From Candidatus Woesearchaeota archaeon (GTDB taxonomy: Archaea; Nanobdellota; Nanobdellia; Pacearchaeales; UBA284): DNA of 64,000 nucleotides. Where the stretch lies: the NCBI GenBank assembly GCA_964396475.1, contig CAYNFE010000002.1:40306-104305 (forward strand), read 5' to 3'. The translations under genes were made by a program, and so were the position numbers. Below, piece by piece: positions 8,633 through 17,731 of the stretch (positions within the stretch are counted from its first letter, which is position 1; every line of letters begins with the position of its first letter). The notes beneath the pieces were generated by a model. The model saw only the letters and a program-made list of their open reading frames with translations. It was not told the DNA's origin and made no database searches.

Positions 8633-8669
8633 TTTTTTATTTTTTTATTTAATTTATTTATTATAATTA

Positions 8670-9722
8670 TTATTTTGTTGTTCTTAATCTTATTCCTTTT
8701 TGTTTTGCTATCTTTTCTACTGCTTTCATTGCTTGTAAGTATCTATGTCTTCTATGACCTTCAGGAGAACTTCCAGAAGGCATACCTCTTCTCAAACCCT
8801 CTCTTCGTGCTTTATCTTGATATCTATTCCATTCTTCTTCATATTTTATCTGATAATGATTCCATTTTGCTTGTAGTTCAGATGCTGATCTTTGTCTTCT
8901 TATAATTTCAGTTCTTTTTTGTTCCTGTCCTCTATTCTCTCTCTCCTTTTTCTCAATCCTTCCTAATTCTTTTTTCCTGCGTTTTTCTCTTTCTCTCATT
9001 TTTCTTTCTTCTTTTATTCTTTGCTTCCCCTCTAACTTTCTTATTCTTTCTTTCTCTTTTCTTCTTTTTTTAGCTTCTTCCTTAAATGCTTTTATCTCTC
9101 CTCTTCTTCTTGCTTCCTCTTCTTTTTCTATTCCTCTTAATTCTTTTTTTCTTGATATTTGTGCACCTAATCTTTCACGCGATCTTGTAATATATTTTGA
9201 TAGAAGTTTGAAAAGAATAACAATAATTATAGCAATTGTTATTACATCTAAAATTATACAAACCATATAAGGAAAAATATAAGGGCAGAATTGTGATCTT
9301 AACCATATAAGCCATAACAAAGCAAGAGCAATTAAGATAATCCAAAATAAAGATCCTTTTTTTCTGAGTTGTTGCCATGAGATTGCAAGAATAACAGCAA
9401 TAAAAAGTCCTACAACCCACCAACCAACTTGAGGAATTATAACACCATAATAATAAATTGTTCCAAAAGAACCCATAAGAGCAAGAACTATGGAAACAAC
9501 AAAAGCAGCACCTTTGCTAGTATGAAAAACTTGCTCTAGAACAAACCAGCATACTGCAAAGATTAATACAAATAACAAGGCTGCATTAACCCATTCGCTC
9601 TGCGCAAGGTCTGAAATAGATGGCATCCCATAATTAGAATAGCCATAGCCATTATAAGCAAGAACTGAACTAGCAATAAGAATAAATGCAAATAAAAATA
9701 CAAAAGCCAGGCCTCTTTTCAT
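8670..9722 (-). CDS. polytopic membrane protein with a long Lys/Arg/Glu-rich cytoplasmic tail
   Basis: The N-terminal ~190 aa contain about 5 TM helices. The C-terminal ~160 aa are low-complexity KR/E-rich coiled-coil (RKKELRGIEKEEEARRRGEIKAFKEEAKKRRKEKERIRKLEGKQRIKEERKMREREKRRK...). Confidence 0.5.
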   Translation of the reverse strand: MKRGLAFVFLFAFILIASSVLAYNGYGYSNYGMPSISDLAQSEWVNAALLFVLIFAVCWFVLEQVFHTSKGAAFVVSIVLALMGSFGTIYYYGVIIPQVGWWVVGLFIAVILAISWQQLRKKGSLFWIILIALALLWLIWLRSQFCPYIFPYMVCIILDVITIAIIIVILFKLLSKYITRSRERLGAQISRKKELRGIEKEEEARRRGEIKAFKEEAKKRRKEKERIRKLEGKQRIKEERKMREREKRRKKELGRIEKKERENRGQEQKRTEIIRRQRSASELQAKWNHYQIKYEEEWNRYQDKARREGLRRGMPSGSSPEGHRRHRYLQAMKAVEKIAKQKGIRLRTTK

Positions 9723-9766
9723 TAGAATATAAGACTAAAGTTATTTAAAAATTTTAGGTTTATGGT

Positions 9767-10492
9767 TTATGGCTTTAATTCAAGAATAAGCTTGTCTTTC
9801 TCAAGATAATAATTTTTTATTGGTAAAGATACAGGAATTAACTTAAAATAAGCTTTATCTTTTGTGAAAGCCTTTATCTCAATGCTGTTTTCTAATTTGT
9901 TTATCATGATTTCTTTCTCATTCTTTACTCCTGGCAAAATAATTTCATAAATAATCTTGTCTGTCAATCTTCTTACTTGAGTCTTAGGTTCTTCTTTTGG
10001 TAACTTGGCTATTTTTGCTTGCTGAGCTTTAGTCAATTTTTTTGTAGGAAGTTTGATTTCTTCTTTTTTAGTAGATTTGTTAGATTTTCCTCCTTGTTTG
10101 ATTTCTTTGATTGGTTGCAATTGGATCTTCTGACCTGGTCCAAATTGTCTTACTTTAATAACTGGTTGGCCATCTGGAGAAGATCCTACTTTAATGCTTA
10201 TACCTTGAGAATGAACAGGTATGTTTGTTCTCTTCATCTTTGCTTCCCCTATATTTTTATCTAATTCTCTAAATTGTTTATCTATATCTCTTATAAGTTT
10301 TTTAAAAGGAAATTTGATGAAGAAAGGCATTTTGAACGCCTCATCAAAACTCTTCTCCATACTCTTCAGTTCTTTTTCATGCTGTTCCTCATAATCCTTT
10401 ACCTCTTTAAGCACTCTGCCACAGAAAGGACAATAGCTAAATTCTGAACTTATTTTCTTTCCACATCTGCACTTGATTTTCTTCTTGAACAT
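9767..10492 (-). CDS. zinc-ribbon protein with a C-terminal Hsp20/alpha-crystallin-like domain (tentative)
   Basis: N-terminal C-x-C...C-x2-C (CRCGKK...YCPFCG). The C-terminal ~70 aa (IYEIILPGVKNEKEIMINKLENSIEIKAF...YFKLIPVSLPIKNYYLEKDKLILELKP) resemble the small-HSP ACD beta-sandwich pattern. Confidence 0.4.
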   Translation of the reverse strand: MFKKKIKCRCGKKISSEFSYCPFCGRVLKEVKDYEEQHEKELKSMEKSFDEAFKMPFFIKFPFKKLIRDIDKQFRELDKNIGEAKMKRTNIPVHSQGISIKVGSSPDGQPVIKVRQFGPGQKIQLQPIKEIKQGGKSNKSTKKEEIKLPTKKLTKAQQAKIAKLPKEEPKTQVRRLTDKIIYEIILPGVKNEKEIMINKLENSIEIKAFTKDKAYFKLIPVSLPIKNYYLEKDKLILELKP

Positions 10493-10624
10493 ACTATTAT
10501 CTCGATATATGTGCTTTTAAATCTTTTTTCTGTATTTCTGTTACCACTCTCTTATGGTGACAGATAGAAAGATTTATAAAGGTCAAAATCTTATGAGTAT
10601 TATAAATTAAATGATATTAAAAAA

Positions 10625-11197
10625 ATGACAAAAGCAAAAAAAGAAGATTTAGAAAAAATAATCGGAGCTTACTTAGATACACATGGTCTTAGAGAAAATG
10701 CTGAAACAGCGCCTTCAAATCCAACTCTTGTAGAAAACTTAGGTATTAGAAGAAAAAATAATCCATTGTGGTACTATGGAGCTACTGATGCAGCAAGAAA
10801 AAAAGCAGCTAGGGAAGAAGAAGAAATATACCAAAATCAATTAATAGAAGGAGTCACATATGATGGATTAATTGATAGTTATAATAACAATGAACTAAAA
10901 GTTCTTTTAACTAGTTTACCTGCTTTAAAAGAGAGCCAGAAATATAGTGAACTAACAAAAATACATCAAATTTATAGGCAAGCACTTCAGGGTTGGAAAG
11001 GAGATCTTGCATTAATGAAGAAAGATGTAGGACAGTTCAAAGATCATGTAGTTAGTGGTCTTGATAACATGGCTGATCAAGCAGATGCTTTTAGCAATGC
11101 TGACCGTGCTTCATTATATGCAAGAGGAACATTATATGAAGCTAAGAGACAACTCTATAAAGCTGTTGACAAGATAAAATCTCCAAACATGAAATAA
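10625..11197 (+). CDS. hypothetical protein
   Basis: 190-aa ORF. No family recognised. Confidence 0.45.
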   Translation: MTKAKKEDLEKIIGAYLDTHGLRENAETAPSNPTLVENLGIRRKNNPLWYYGATDAARKKAAREEEEIYQNQLIEGVTYDGLIDSYNNNELKVLLTSLPALKESQKYSELTKIHQIYRQALQGWKGDLALMKKDVGQFKDHVVSGLDNMADQADAFSNADRASLYARGTLYEAKRQLYKAVDKIKSPNMK

Positions 11198-11200
11198 ATT

Positions 11201-11243
11201 TGATTTTTTTATTTATTTTTATTTTTATTTTTATTTTTTACTG
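11201..11243. terminator. T-rich simple repeat (ATTTTT)n between convergent genes; likely bidirectional archaeal terminator
   Basis: tgattttttt atttattttt atttttattt ttatttttta lies between the stop codons of convergent genes 10625..11197 (+) and 11231..12109 (-). Oligo-T tracts terminate archaeal RNA polymerase. Confidence 0.4.
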
Positions 11244-12109
11244 ATTATTTTGTTTATTATTTTAGCCATTTCTCTTACAAATAGATCTGTCTTACCCTGC
11301 CACTCTTCTACTTTGCTTCCTGAAATTTCTGATCTAGATCCATGAAGAATCTCATGTGCTATCTTATGAAGGTCACGATACCAAGAAACATATTTTGAAT
11401 GTAAAGTTCTGTTTCTTACAAAAGTTTCTTCTAAAAGACCTGCGACATGCTCTGGGCTTGGCGGCATTTTCTTTGCTGCTATTAATGCTGCATGGCTTGC
11501 GTCAACCATTGCCCAATAAAGTCCTTCTATACTATTAAGTAAAGAGGCTTTTGTTCTTGCTAAATGAAAAGGGGCTCTCTGTAAAATAACATAAATAGCC
11601 TCTGGTGTGCTTTTCAACTTACCTTTGGCTAGCAGAACTTTAAGGGGTGTGAAAAAACCGCCAAAATCAATCAATGGCTGGCCCCATCTTATTATATTAA
11701 GGATAACAGGCTCTCCTCTTATCATTTCAGTCCACCAAGTGCTTAGCCTGACAGAATTAATATGCAAGGGTTTTCTATAGGGATTTGCTTTAATCAATTT
11801 GCCTAACTCTTCTCTATACCATGCAATAAGTTCAGCATCCCATAATATAGTGCAATCATCAATCAAAACAATAATATCTATATCACTGCCTCTTTTCATC
11901 TTACCTTTGGCAGCTGAACCAAATAAAATTATTGACTTAATTACCTTACCAAATTTTTCATATGTTTTAACTGCAAAATCATAAGCTATATCATTCTCTT
12001 CTTTAATCCTTAAAGTTGGAAATTCTTTCTCGCTTTTCTTTGTAACTTTTGGCTGTCCTATTTTTGGTACTTTAGGAACTTTAGGACTTTTTACTTTTTT
12101 CTTCCGCAT
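11231..12109 (-). CDS. Pol-beta-superfamily nucleotidyltransferase (MNT-like) fused to a C-terminal HEPN-like domain
   Basis: ILFGSAAKGKMKRGSDIDIIVLIDD is the GS...D.D nucleotidyltransferase motif. The C-terminal region contains an R-x6-H element (RDLHKIAHEILHG) compatible with HEPN. Confidence 0.55.
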   Translation of the reverse strand: MRKKKVKSPKVPKVPKIGQPKVTKKSEKEFPTLRIKEENDIAYDFAVKTYEKFGKVIKSIILFGSAAKGKMKRGSDIDIIVLIDDCTILWDAELIAWYREELGKLIKANPYRKPLHINSVRLSTWWTEMIRGEPVILNIIRWGQPLIDFGGFFTPLKVLLAKGKLKSTPEAIYVILQRAPFHLARTKASLLNSIEGLYWAMVDASHAALIAAKKMPPSPEHVAGLLEETFVRNRTLHSKYVSWYRDLHKIAHEILHGSRSEISGSKVEEWQGKTDLFVREMAKIINKIISKK

Positions 12110-12179
12110 TTTTTACCTCTTTTATTTATTATCTAAATAATTATATTTTTTAAAGTTTCTTATTTTTGTTTTTTTTGAT

Positions 12180-14024
12180 TTACTCCATTGGTGTTCCTGA
12201 GAATCTTTTTCCTTTACCTGGCATCTGTCCACCCAGCTCCATAGGTAAGGAAGCGAAGCCTGCTCCATAAGTACCAACATGTTGTTCTGGAAGCATCATA
12301 CCATATCCAGCTGAATAGCCTCCTGGTATGCCATAAACTCCTCTTACTTGATTCCAGTATGGTTGCATATCCATTCCATATAAAGGGGAACCAAGAGCCT
12401 CAAGAGTAGGAGGCACTGGAGATGTTTTAAATATAACTGGAAGAGCAGCTGCCTCTATAATCTTTTTTCCTGAAAATCCAGCTTTTTCTAATTCTCTTAA
12501 AACCTCTTTAATAGGCATATCTCCCATTCCTGGCGGTAAATGGCTATCTGCAAAACCAAAATTATCTGTCAGATGAGCATGTTTTACAAAAGGAGCTACA
12601 GCTCTAGTTTGAGCAGCTATAATTTTTTTGAATTCTTTTTCATCATATTTGCCTTTCTTTTCTCCAAGACCAAACTTCCTAAGCAGACCTATATGACCTG
12701 TATCCCATGTTGCTCCAATAAGTTTATTTGCTGCCTCTCTTGCTCTAGATTCATTGACTCCTGAATCTCTTGCTTTTTCTATAAATTCCTTGCGGCTGTC
12801 TTTTATTAAGTTAGCAAGTTCTTCTCCCTCACTAAAGATTGTCCCAGCAAAGAAATTTTCCACAGCTATCATAGGGGCTTTTTCCCCGAATTTTTGATAA
12901 CCATGCAGAGCTGTATTTGCAATAGTCTCTTTAGTCTTATCTCTAGAAAATTTATCAGTAGATTGATAAATTTCAGGTGGGTCTTCTTTTATGACATTCT
13001 GAAATCTTCTTATGACTTCATTGTATCTTTTAGTAGCTTCAATAGGATTTGTCTCTGTCAGATTTTCTGTCTGTATTCTATTTAGGTTATTTTTAATTTT
13101 CTCAAGTTCATCTTTATGTTTCTCTCTTGTTTTTTCATCCCAAAGCCTATTAGCATCATTATAAAAGGTCCTTAGGTGCGCGCCAATATCATCATATATT
13201 ACCTGACCCATACTTAATGTATCTAAAGCCCTCCGCTGTTCTGGTAAAAGTTCTTCTGGGTCTATCCTCTTTTCTTTTATATCTTTTAGAACTGGTTGAA
13301 TTATAGGTGCAGTTCCTGAAATTATATCACCTGCTCTATAATTCTCCCAGGCAATTGAGCTGAAAGTCCTGTCCCATACTTTTCTATTCTGCTCTCTAAT
13401 CTGCTCTTCTGGATTAATCCAATAATATCCTTTTTCTGGATCATATCTTCTCTCCCTTCTAATGCCTGTCAGCTGACCAGATTCTCTGCTCACAACATTA
13501 ACCATATCTTCTTCTGTTATTGGAGCTTCTTCAGGTTTTGGAGCTAGCATTGATGGTATTCCAGAAGTTGCATGAATCACAACAGGAATATTTCCGTTTA
13601 TATCTATCTCATGAGCTCTTTCAATATTTTTTTTGAATTGTATTTCAGATTGTTGTCTTACACTTTCACTCCAACCCCTCTCAGTAAAGCCCGCAGGATC
13701 AATAGATGGTGGAACATGTAAGGAAAAAGTTGCCCCAGCAAGTTTTCCAAGCTGTTTGATTTCTGTCCAGTGTTGTTTTGGCATCACCTCAACTCCTGGC
13801 GTACCCATCTCACTGCTGAAAGGCTGAAGTTCAATAGTTTTCATACCCTCGCTTAATCTTGATGAAACCTCAGCTATCTGATTTCCTGTTTTTATTGAAG
13901 TTGGGGATCCTATTTCAGATGTAGGAACTCTGTATCCAATAAATAAAGGACCATAAGTAGGATCAAGAGGACCATAGCTGCCTGTATAAAATGATTCAAG
14001 GGATTTGTATTTTTCTTGTGCCAT
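12180..14024 (-). CDS. large xylose-isomerase-like TIM-barrel (sugar-phosphate isomerase/epimerase / AP-endonuclease-2 fold) protein with a Gly/Tyr/Met-rich C-terminal tail
   Basis: KHAHLTDNFGFADSHLPPGMGDMPIKEVLRELEKAGFSGKKIIE matches the H.H..D...D.HLP.G.G......L...GY.G....E signature of the xylose-isomerase-like TIM barrel. The 614-aa length includes a unique N-terminal region and a low-complexity tail (GYSAGYGMMLPEQHVGTYGAGFASLPMELGGQMPGKG). Confidence 0.5.
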   Translation of the reverse strand: MAQEKYKSLESFYTGSYGPLDPTYGPLFIGYRVPTSEIGSPTSIKTGNQIAEVSSRLSEGMKTIELQPFSSEMGTPGVEVMPKQHWTEIKQLGKLAGATFSLHVPPSIDPAGFTERGWSESVRQQSEIQFKKNIERAHEIDINGNIPVVIHATSGIPSMLAPKPEEAPITEEDMVNVVSRESGQLTGIRRERRYDPEKGYYWINPEEQIREQNRKVWDRTFSSIAWENYRAGDIISGTAPIIQPVLKDIKEKRIDPEELLPEQRRALDTLSMGQVIYDDIGAHLRTFYNDANRLWDEKTREKHKDELEKIKNNLNRIQTENLTETNPIEATKRYNEVIRRFQNVIKEDPPEIYQSTDKFSRDKTKETIANTALHGYQKFGEKAPMIAVENFFAGTIFSEGEELANLIKDSRKEFIEKARDSGVNESRAREAANKLIGATWDTGHIGLLRKFGLGEKKGKYDEKEFKKIIAAQTRAVAPFVKHAHLTDNFGFADSHLPPGMGDMPIKEVLRELEKAGFSGKKIIEAAALPVIFKTSPVPPTLEALGSPLYGMDMQPYWNQVRGVYGIPGGYSAGYGMMLPEQHVGTYGAGFASLPMELGGQMPGKGKRFSGTPME

Positions 14025-14030
14025 ATATAT

Positions 14031-14630
14031 TTAATGTCCTTTATACTTTTTAATTTTTCTTTCTCTTTTACGCCAATCTAATTCCTCTTCAAAGGGCTCT
14101 CTTGTTGCTTTATCATCATACTTGACAAATTCTCGTGTCTCTTCTAGATTTCCTATTTTTTCCCTTCTTTCAGGTTCTTCTCTCTGAATAGGAATAGTCA
14201 TCTCAGGTCTTCTTTTAGGTAAGAATTCTGTAACTCTTTCTATTCTTGGAGTAATTTCTTTCGCTCTTTCTTCTTCTCTTCCCTTTTCTTCAACATATTT
14301 TCTTTCTTCTTCACTTGTACTGGCATAACCAGTATGTGTATCATATCTTCTATCTTCTTTTTTTTCTTTTTTAGTTGGAATTTCAGCTAAAGAATCTTCA
14401 AGTCTTCCAGTTCTAGATTCATCTTTTTCTAGAATAGGTATGATAGGTTTTCTAGACCTAAATTCTTGCACCTGTTCAGAAGGAATTTCTCTTACTTCTT
14501 TTTTTTCTTCTTTCTTCTTTTCCTCTTTTTTTTCTTCTTTTGGCTTATCTTTTTCTTCTTTCTCTTTTTCTTCTTTTTGCTCCTCTTGTTCTTCTGTTTC
14601 CTCATCAGTTTTTTCATTTTCATCTTCCAT
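14031..14630 (-). CDS. Glu/Lys-rich low-complexity protein, hypothetical
   Basis: 199 aa. The N-terminal third is almost pure E/K (EEQEEQKEEKEKEEKDKPKEEKKEEKKKEEKK). It sits between two larger co-oriented genes in the same operon. Confidence 0.4.
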   Translation of the reverse strand: MEDENEKTDEETEEQEEQKEEKEKEEKDKPKEEKKEEKKKEEKKEVREIPSEQVQEFRSRKPIIPILEKDESRTGRLEDSLAEIPTKKEKKEDRRYDTHTGYASTSEEERKYVEEKGREEERAKEITPRIERVTEFLPKRRPEMTIPIQREEPERREKIGNLEETREFVKYDDKATREPFEEELDWRKRERKIKKYKGH

Positions 14631-14649
14631 TTTTATTTAGAATTTTAAA

Positions 14650-16020
14650 TTATTTAGGTTGCCATCTCTCTGGCATTTCAAATTCAGGTGGACCAAAAGA
14701 AGCCATTCCATGACTTTTCTTATAAATATCATAAATCTTATAACATAATTCAGCTGCTGTTCTTTCTGCAAGAGCCCTCACAATAGACTCTTCAAAATTA
14801 TCTTTTTTGATCTTGCCTATCTCAAGCTCTTTCTTTTTTTCTTCCTCTTTTTTAGGCTTTTCCTCTTTCTTTTTATCTTCTCCTATAAAATGCTCTATAT
14901 CCTCAAGCATATGAGAAAGACTTTCTTCTGTAACACTTTCTACTAACCTTAATGCATCTTTGAAATCTTCTTTATCTAATTCTTTATTCATAACTTCAAT
15001 TTCATGATCATTCATGGTATATGCCTTAAAACTTATTTCTGCACGACCACCAAAAACATAATGTCCTTGTGGTGTTCTTGTAGGTGTGCCTCTAAAAACA
15101 AAATCTACAAGAACACAAGAATGATAATCTCTCTTTAATTTTAAATTTCTAAAATTTTTTGGTAAATTTCCAGAATCAACTTCCTTGACTATATTTACAG
15201 TATTCTTACCAAAAAGACATAGCTCTAAAAGGACTATATTAAAAGCCTTAACTAGAGCAGGCTCTCTAGTCTTTTCTTTCATCATAAGTTCGTTGGCAAC
15301 TTTGAGATAGGGTTTTGCCCATCTAGTGTAAATTTTTAAAGTTCCTACTTGATTTTTTACCCATGATTTTTCTACCTCATATCTCTTACGAAGTTCAGAC
15401 TCACTCTTTTCCTTCCATGCTAGAAATTCAGCAACTCTTGGTTTTAGAACCCTTTTTACCCTATCATTTAAATCCATCTTGTCAACCTCTTCTGGAGTTT
15501 TGGCAACCATGAAAGCATCTCTAATAGTGGAAAAACCTAGCTGTGTTGCAAGCGTGTCTATGCTACCTATTCTCTGCTTGTCAACTTTCTCTAGCCATAT
15601 TTGTTTAAGACCAAGAATTCCAACCTCTTGTTCTTTAGGATCTTTACTGCTAGTAAGATCATATTGTTTTAACCTTACTTCAAATTCCCTAAGATCATAA
15701 AGTAAGTTAATCAAACTTCTAATCATAGCCCCAACTGTTCCCATTATTTTCATCCCCTCTTCTTGCATTATTTTTGCTCTTTGACCCATCTCTGCAAAAT
15801 AACCGCTTCCTGGAGAAGCTGCAAAATTATCAATAATCTTCTCTACTTCAAAACCAAGATCTCTCATGAATTCTACGATCCAAAAATAAACAGGTTCAAG
15901 TTGTTCTGCGGGGCTATCATAAACAATTTTGTGTTCCCATACTGGTTGCTCATACTTAGGATTTATTTCAGCTATGATATCAGATGTAGTTTTAAAGCCC
16001 TCTTTTTTCTCTTCTGTCAT
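14650..16020 (-). CDS. hypothetical protein (456 aa), first gene of a three-gene operon
   Basis: Long ORF with good coding appearance. No recognisable catalytic or NTP-binding motifs. Lys/Glu-rich C-terminal segment. Confidence 0.5.
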   Translation of the reverse strand: MTEEKKEGFKTTSDIIAEINPKYEQPVWEHKIVYDSPAEQLEPVYFWIVEFMRDLGFEVEKIIDNFAASPGSGYFAEMGQRAKIMQEEGMKIMGTVGAMIRSLINLLYDLREFEVRLKQYDLTSSKDPKEQEVGILGLKQIWLEKVDKQRIGSIDTLATQLGFSTIRDAFMVAKTPEEVDKMDLNDRVKRVLKPRVAEFLAWKEKSESELRKRYEVEKSWVKNQVGTLKIYTRWAKPYLKVANELMMKEKTREPALVKAFNIVLLELCLFGKNTVNIVKEVDSGNLPKNFRNLKLKRDYHSCVLVDFVFRGTPTRTPQGHYVFGGRAEISFKAYTMNDHEIEVMNKELDKEDFKDALRLVESVTEESLSHMLEDIEHFIGEDKKKEEKPKKEEEKKKELEIGKIKKDNFEESIVRALAERTAAELCYKIYDIYKKSHGMASFGPPEFEMPERWQPK

Positions 16021-16103
16021 GAGAAAATCAAGTAGAGATTATTTTTATTACTTTCGGTGGTAGCAAAACAAAGATTTAAAAAATATTCAGTATTCATAAT
16101 AAC

Positions 16104-16424
16104 ATGGTCTTTGGAAAAATATTCAAAAAAAAGAAACCAAAAAATGAGGCAGTTATTGATTTGGGAAAGCTTAACGAGATACAAAATAGAACAAGAATGC
16201 TACAAGAGGCAACTCAGATCACAGATACAGAAACTGATACTGGTTTTCTTGGGAATTTAGCAAGCGCAGCAAGCACTAGCGACACGAGTCATGTGGCTGT
16301 TTCAGGAATCGATCCAGAAAAAATAGAAAGACTTAACAGAAGAATAGATACCTTGATAGATAGGTTTGAACTTATAGAAAGAAAACTAGAAAGAATCGAG
16401 AGAAGAGTAGACTTAAAATATTAG
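16104..16424 (+). CDS. small coiled-coil protein, hypothetical
   Basis: 106 aa. The C-terminal heptad-like segment is IERLNRRIDTLIDRFELIERKLERIERR. Confidence 0.35.
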   Translation: MVFGKIFKKKKPKNEAVIDLGKLNEIQNRTRMLQEATQITDTETDTGFLGNLASAASTSDTSHVAVSGIDPEKIERLNRRIDTLIDRFELIERKLERIERRVDLKY

Positions 16425-16429
16425 TCAAA

Positions 16430-16909
16430 ATGAAAAAAAAGAAGGTGAGTAAGAATATAATAGAAAGAGAGGGAGGTGAAATAAAACTTTTCTTTTTTAT
16501 AATTATTGTATGTTTTGTTTTTGTAATCGATAGATATACTAAATTATTATCAAATTTTATTAGTGGTTGTTTTATTCTATGTATAAGACAATCAATTAAT
16601 TATGGAGCTGCCTTCAATCTTTTTAGTGTTTTTGGATGGACTAGAGTTCTTTTAATACTTATCGCACTCATAGTATTATTTTTTACTGCATTTTTATATT
16701 TTAGAACAAAAGAATTCAATTATTTTTATATAGGTTTAGTTTTACTCTTTGCCGGAACATTAAGTAATTTATTTGATAGGATTTATTTTGGTTATGTTAC
16801 AGATTTCTTAACTTTTAGTTTTATTCCATTCCCTGCTTTTAATATTGCTGATATTAGTAATCTTATTGGTGTTATAATTCTCATAGTTTTTCTTTTAAAG
16901 AAGAAATAA
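16430..16909 (+). CDS. lspA: lipoprotein signal peptidase II (LspA-like, A8 aspartic peptidase)
   Basis: Four hydrophobic helices plus both LspA signature blocks: SINYGAAFNLF (N.GAAF) and DRIYFGYVTDFLTF...FPAFNIADISNLIGV (catalytic Asp blocks, including FN.AD). Confidence 0.65.
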   Translation: MKKKKVSKNIIEREGGEIKLFFFIIIVCFVFVIDRYTKLLSNFISGCFILCIRQSINYGAAFNLFSVFGWTRVLLILIALIVLFFTAFLYFRTKEFNYFYIGLVLLFAGTLSNLFDRIYFGYVTDFLTFSFIPFPAFNIADISNLIGVIILIVFLLKKK

Positions 16910-16934
16910 AAAAAGGAAAAAGTAAGGAAAAAAT

Positions 16935-17681
16935 TTAAGCTGCTTCAAAAACAACATGAACTGATGCACTTACTGTAACTTTTCCTATCTCTACTGATGT
17001 TGGTGTTTCAATTTCTCCACCTTCACCACCTATTGTCTTTGCCCTATAATCTACTGCATAAATCCAAGGTCTATAATCCCATGTGGTATCTTGAACAGTT
17101 TTTATACCTTTAATTTCTAAGTTTAAACCCTGAGCTATGCTCTCTGCTTTTGTTCTTGCGTTTTCTGAAGCTTTTTTAAGAGCTTCTTCTTTAAGTTCAT
17201 TCATTTCTTCATCTGATAAAGAATATTGAATGTTATCAACAAAATTTGCTCCAGAGCCTACTGCTGCTGTTATGAATTTTCCAATGTTAGTATAATTTTC
17301 AATCTTTATCTTTAATCTGTGGTTAACCCTATACCCTTTAAGATTCCTCGTGCCTTGAAGCCAATCATACTCTGGATATAAATTATAAGAGTCTGTTTCT
17401 ATCTCACTTTCTGAAAGACCCTCATTGACTAAAGCCTTTTTAATTGCTGCAATTGTTTCTGCATTCTCTTGCTCAGCTTCTTGTGCATTTTCATTTGTAT
17501 TTTGATAACCTAAATAAAGGGTTGCTATTTTTGCTTGTCTCTCTAATTCAGCATTTCCATTTACATCAATAGTTCTTCCATCAGAAGGCCATGGTTTGAA
17601 AACAAAAAGCACTGTAACAAATACTGCTACTATCACAAGAATAAGAATTGTCAAAAGAATATTCGTTGTTTTAATTGCCAT
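16935..17681 (-). CDS. SIMPL-domain (DUF541) membrane-anchored protein
   Basis: N-terminal TM anchor followed by the SIMPL-family pattern: ...YRVNHRLKIKIENYTNIGKFITAAVGSGANFVDNIQYSLSDEE...LKEEALKKASENARTKAESIAQGLNL. Confidence 0.65.
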   Translation of the reverse strand: MAIKTTNILLTILILVIVAVFVTVLFVFKPWPSDGRTIDVNGNAELERQAKIATLYLGYQNTNENAQEAEQENAETIAAIKKALVNEGLSESEIETDSYNLYPEYDWLQGTRNLKGYRVNHRLKIKIENYTNIGKFITAAVGSGANFVDNIQYSLSDEEMNELKEEALKKASENARTKAESIAQGLNLEIKGIKTVQDTTWDYRPWIYAVDYRAKTIGGEGGEIETPTSVEIGKVTVSASVHVVFEAA

Positions 17682-17703
17682 ATTTGAATAAAAAGAATAA
17701 TCT

Positions 17704-17710
17704 ATTTAAA
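17704..17710 (+). promoter_or_regulatory. TATA-like box (ATTTAAA) 22-28 nt upstream of the gltX ATG
   Basis: Same spacing as seen upstream of fen, the M23 peptidase gene and rfcS. Consistent with a leaderless transcript. Confidence 0.3.
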
Positions 17711-17731
17711 GCTTTTGAACTTTAAACTAAT

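Noticed and set aside
9175-9423. 82-aa Cys-rich ORF (-) nested in a different frame of the membrane-protein gene 8670..9722
   Set aside because: It overlaps the TM-helix-encoding part of the longer, more plausible ORF. No support.
14440-14648. Poly-Phe/Ser ORFs (14440..14640, 14466..14648, +)
   Set aside because: They are antisense translations of the GAA/AAG-rich E/K-coding region of gene 14031..14630. This is a pure low-complexity artefact.
12180-16020. Idea that the 456-aa / E-K-rich / 614-aa trio is a prophage head module (portal, scaffold, major capsid)
   Set aside because: The 614-aa protein carries a clear xylose-isomerase-like TIM-barrel metal-binding motif, which is incompatible with an HK97-fold capsid protein. 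No terminase, protease or integrase is nearby.
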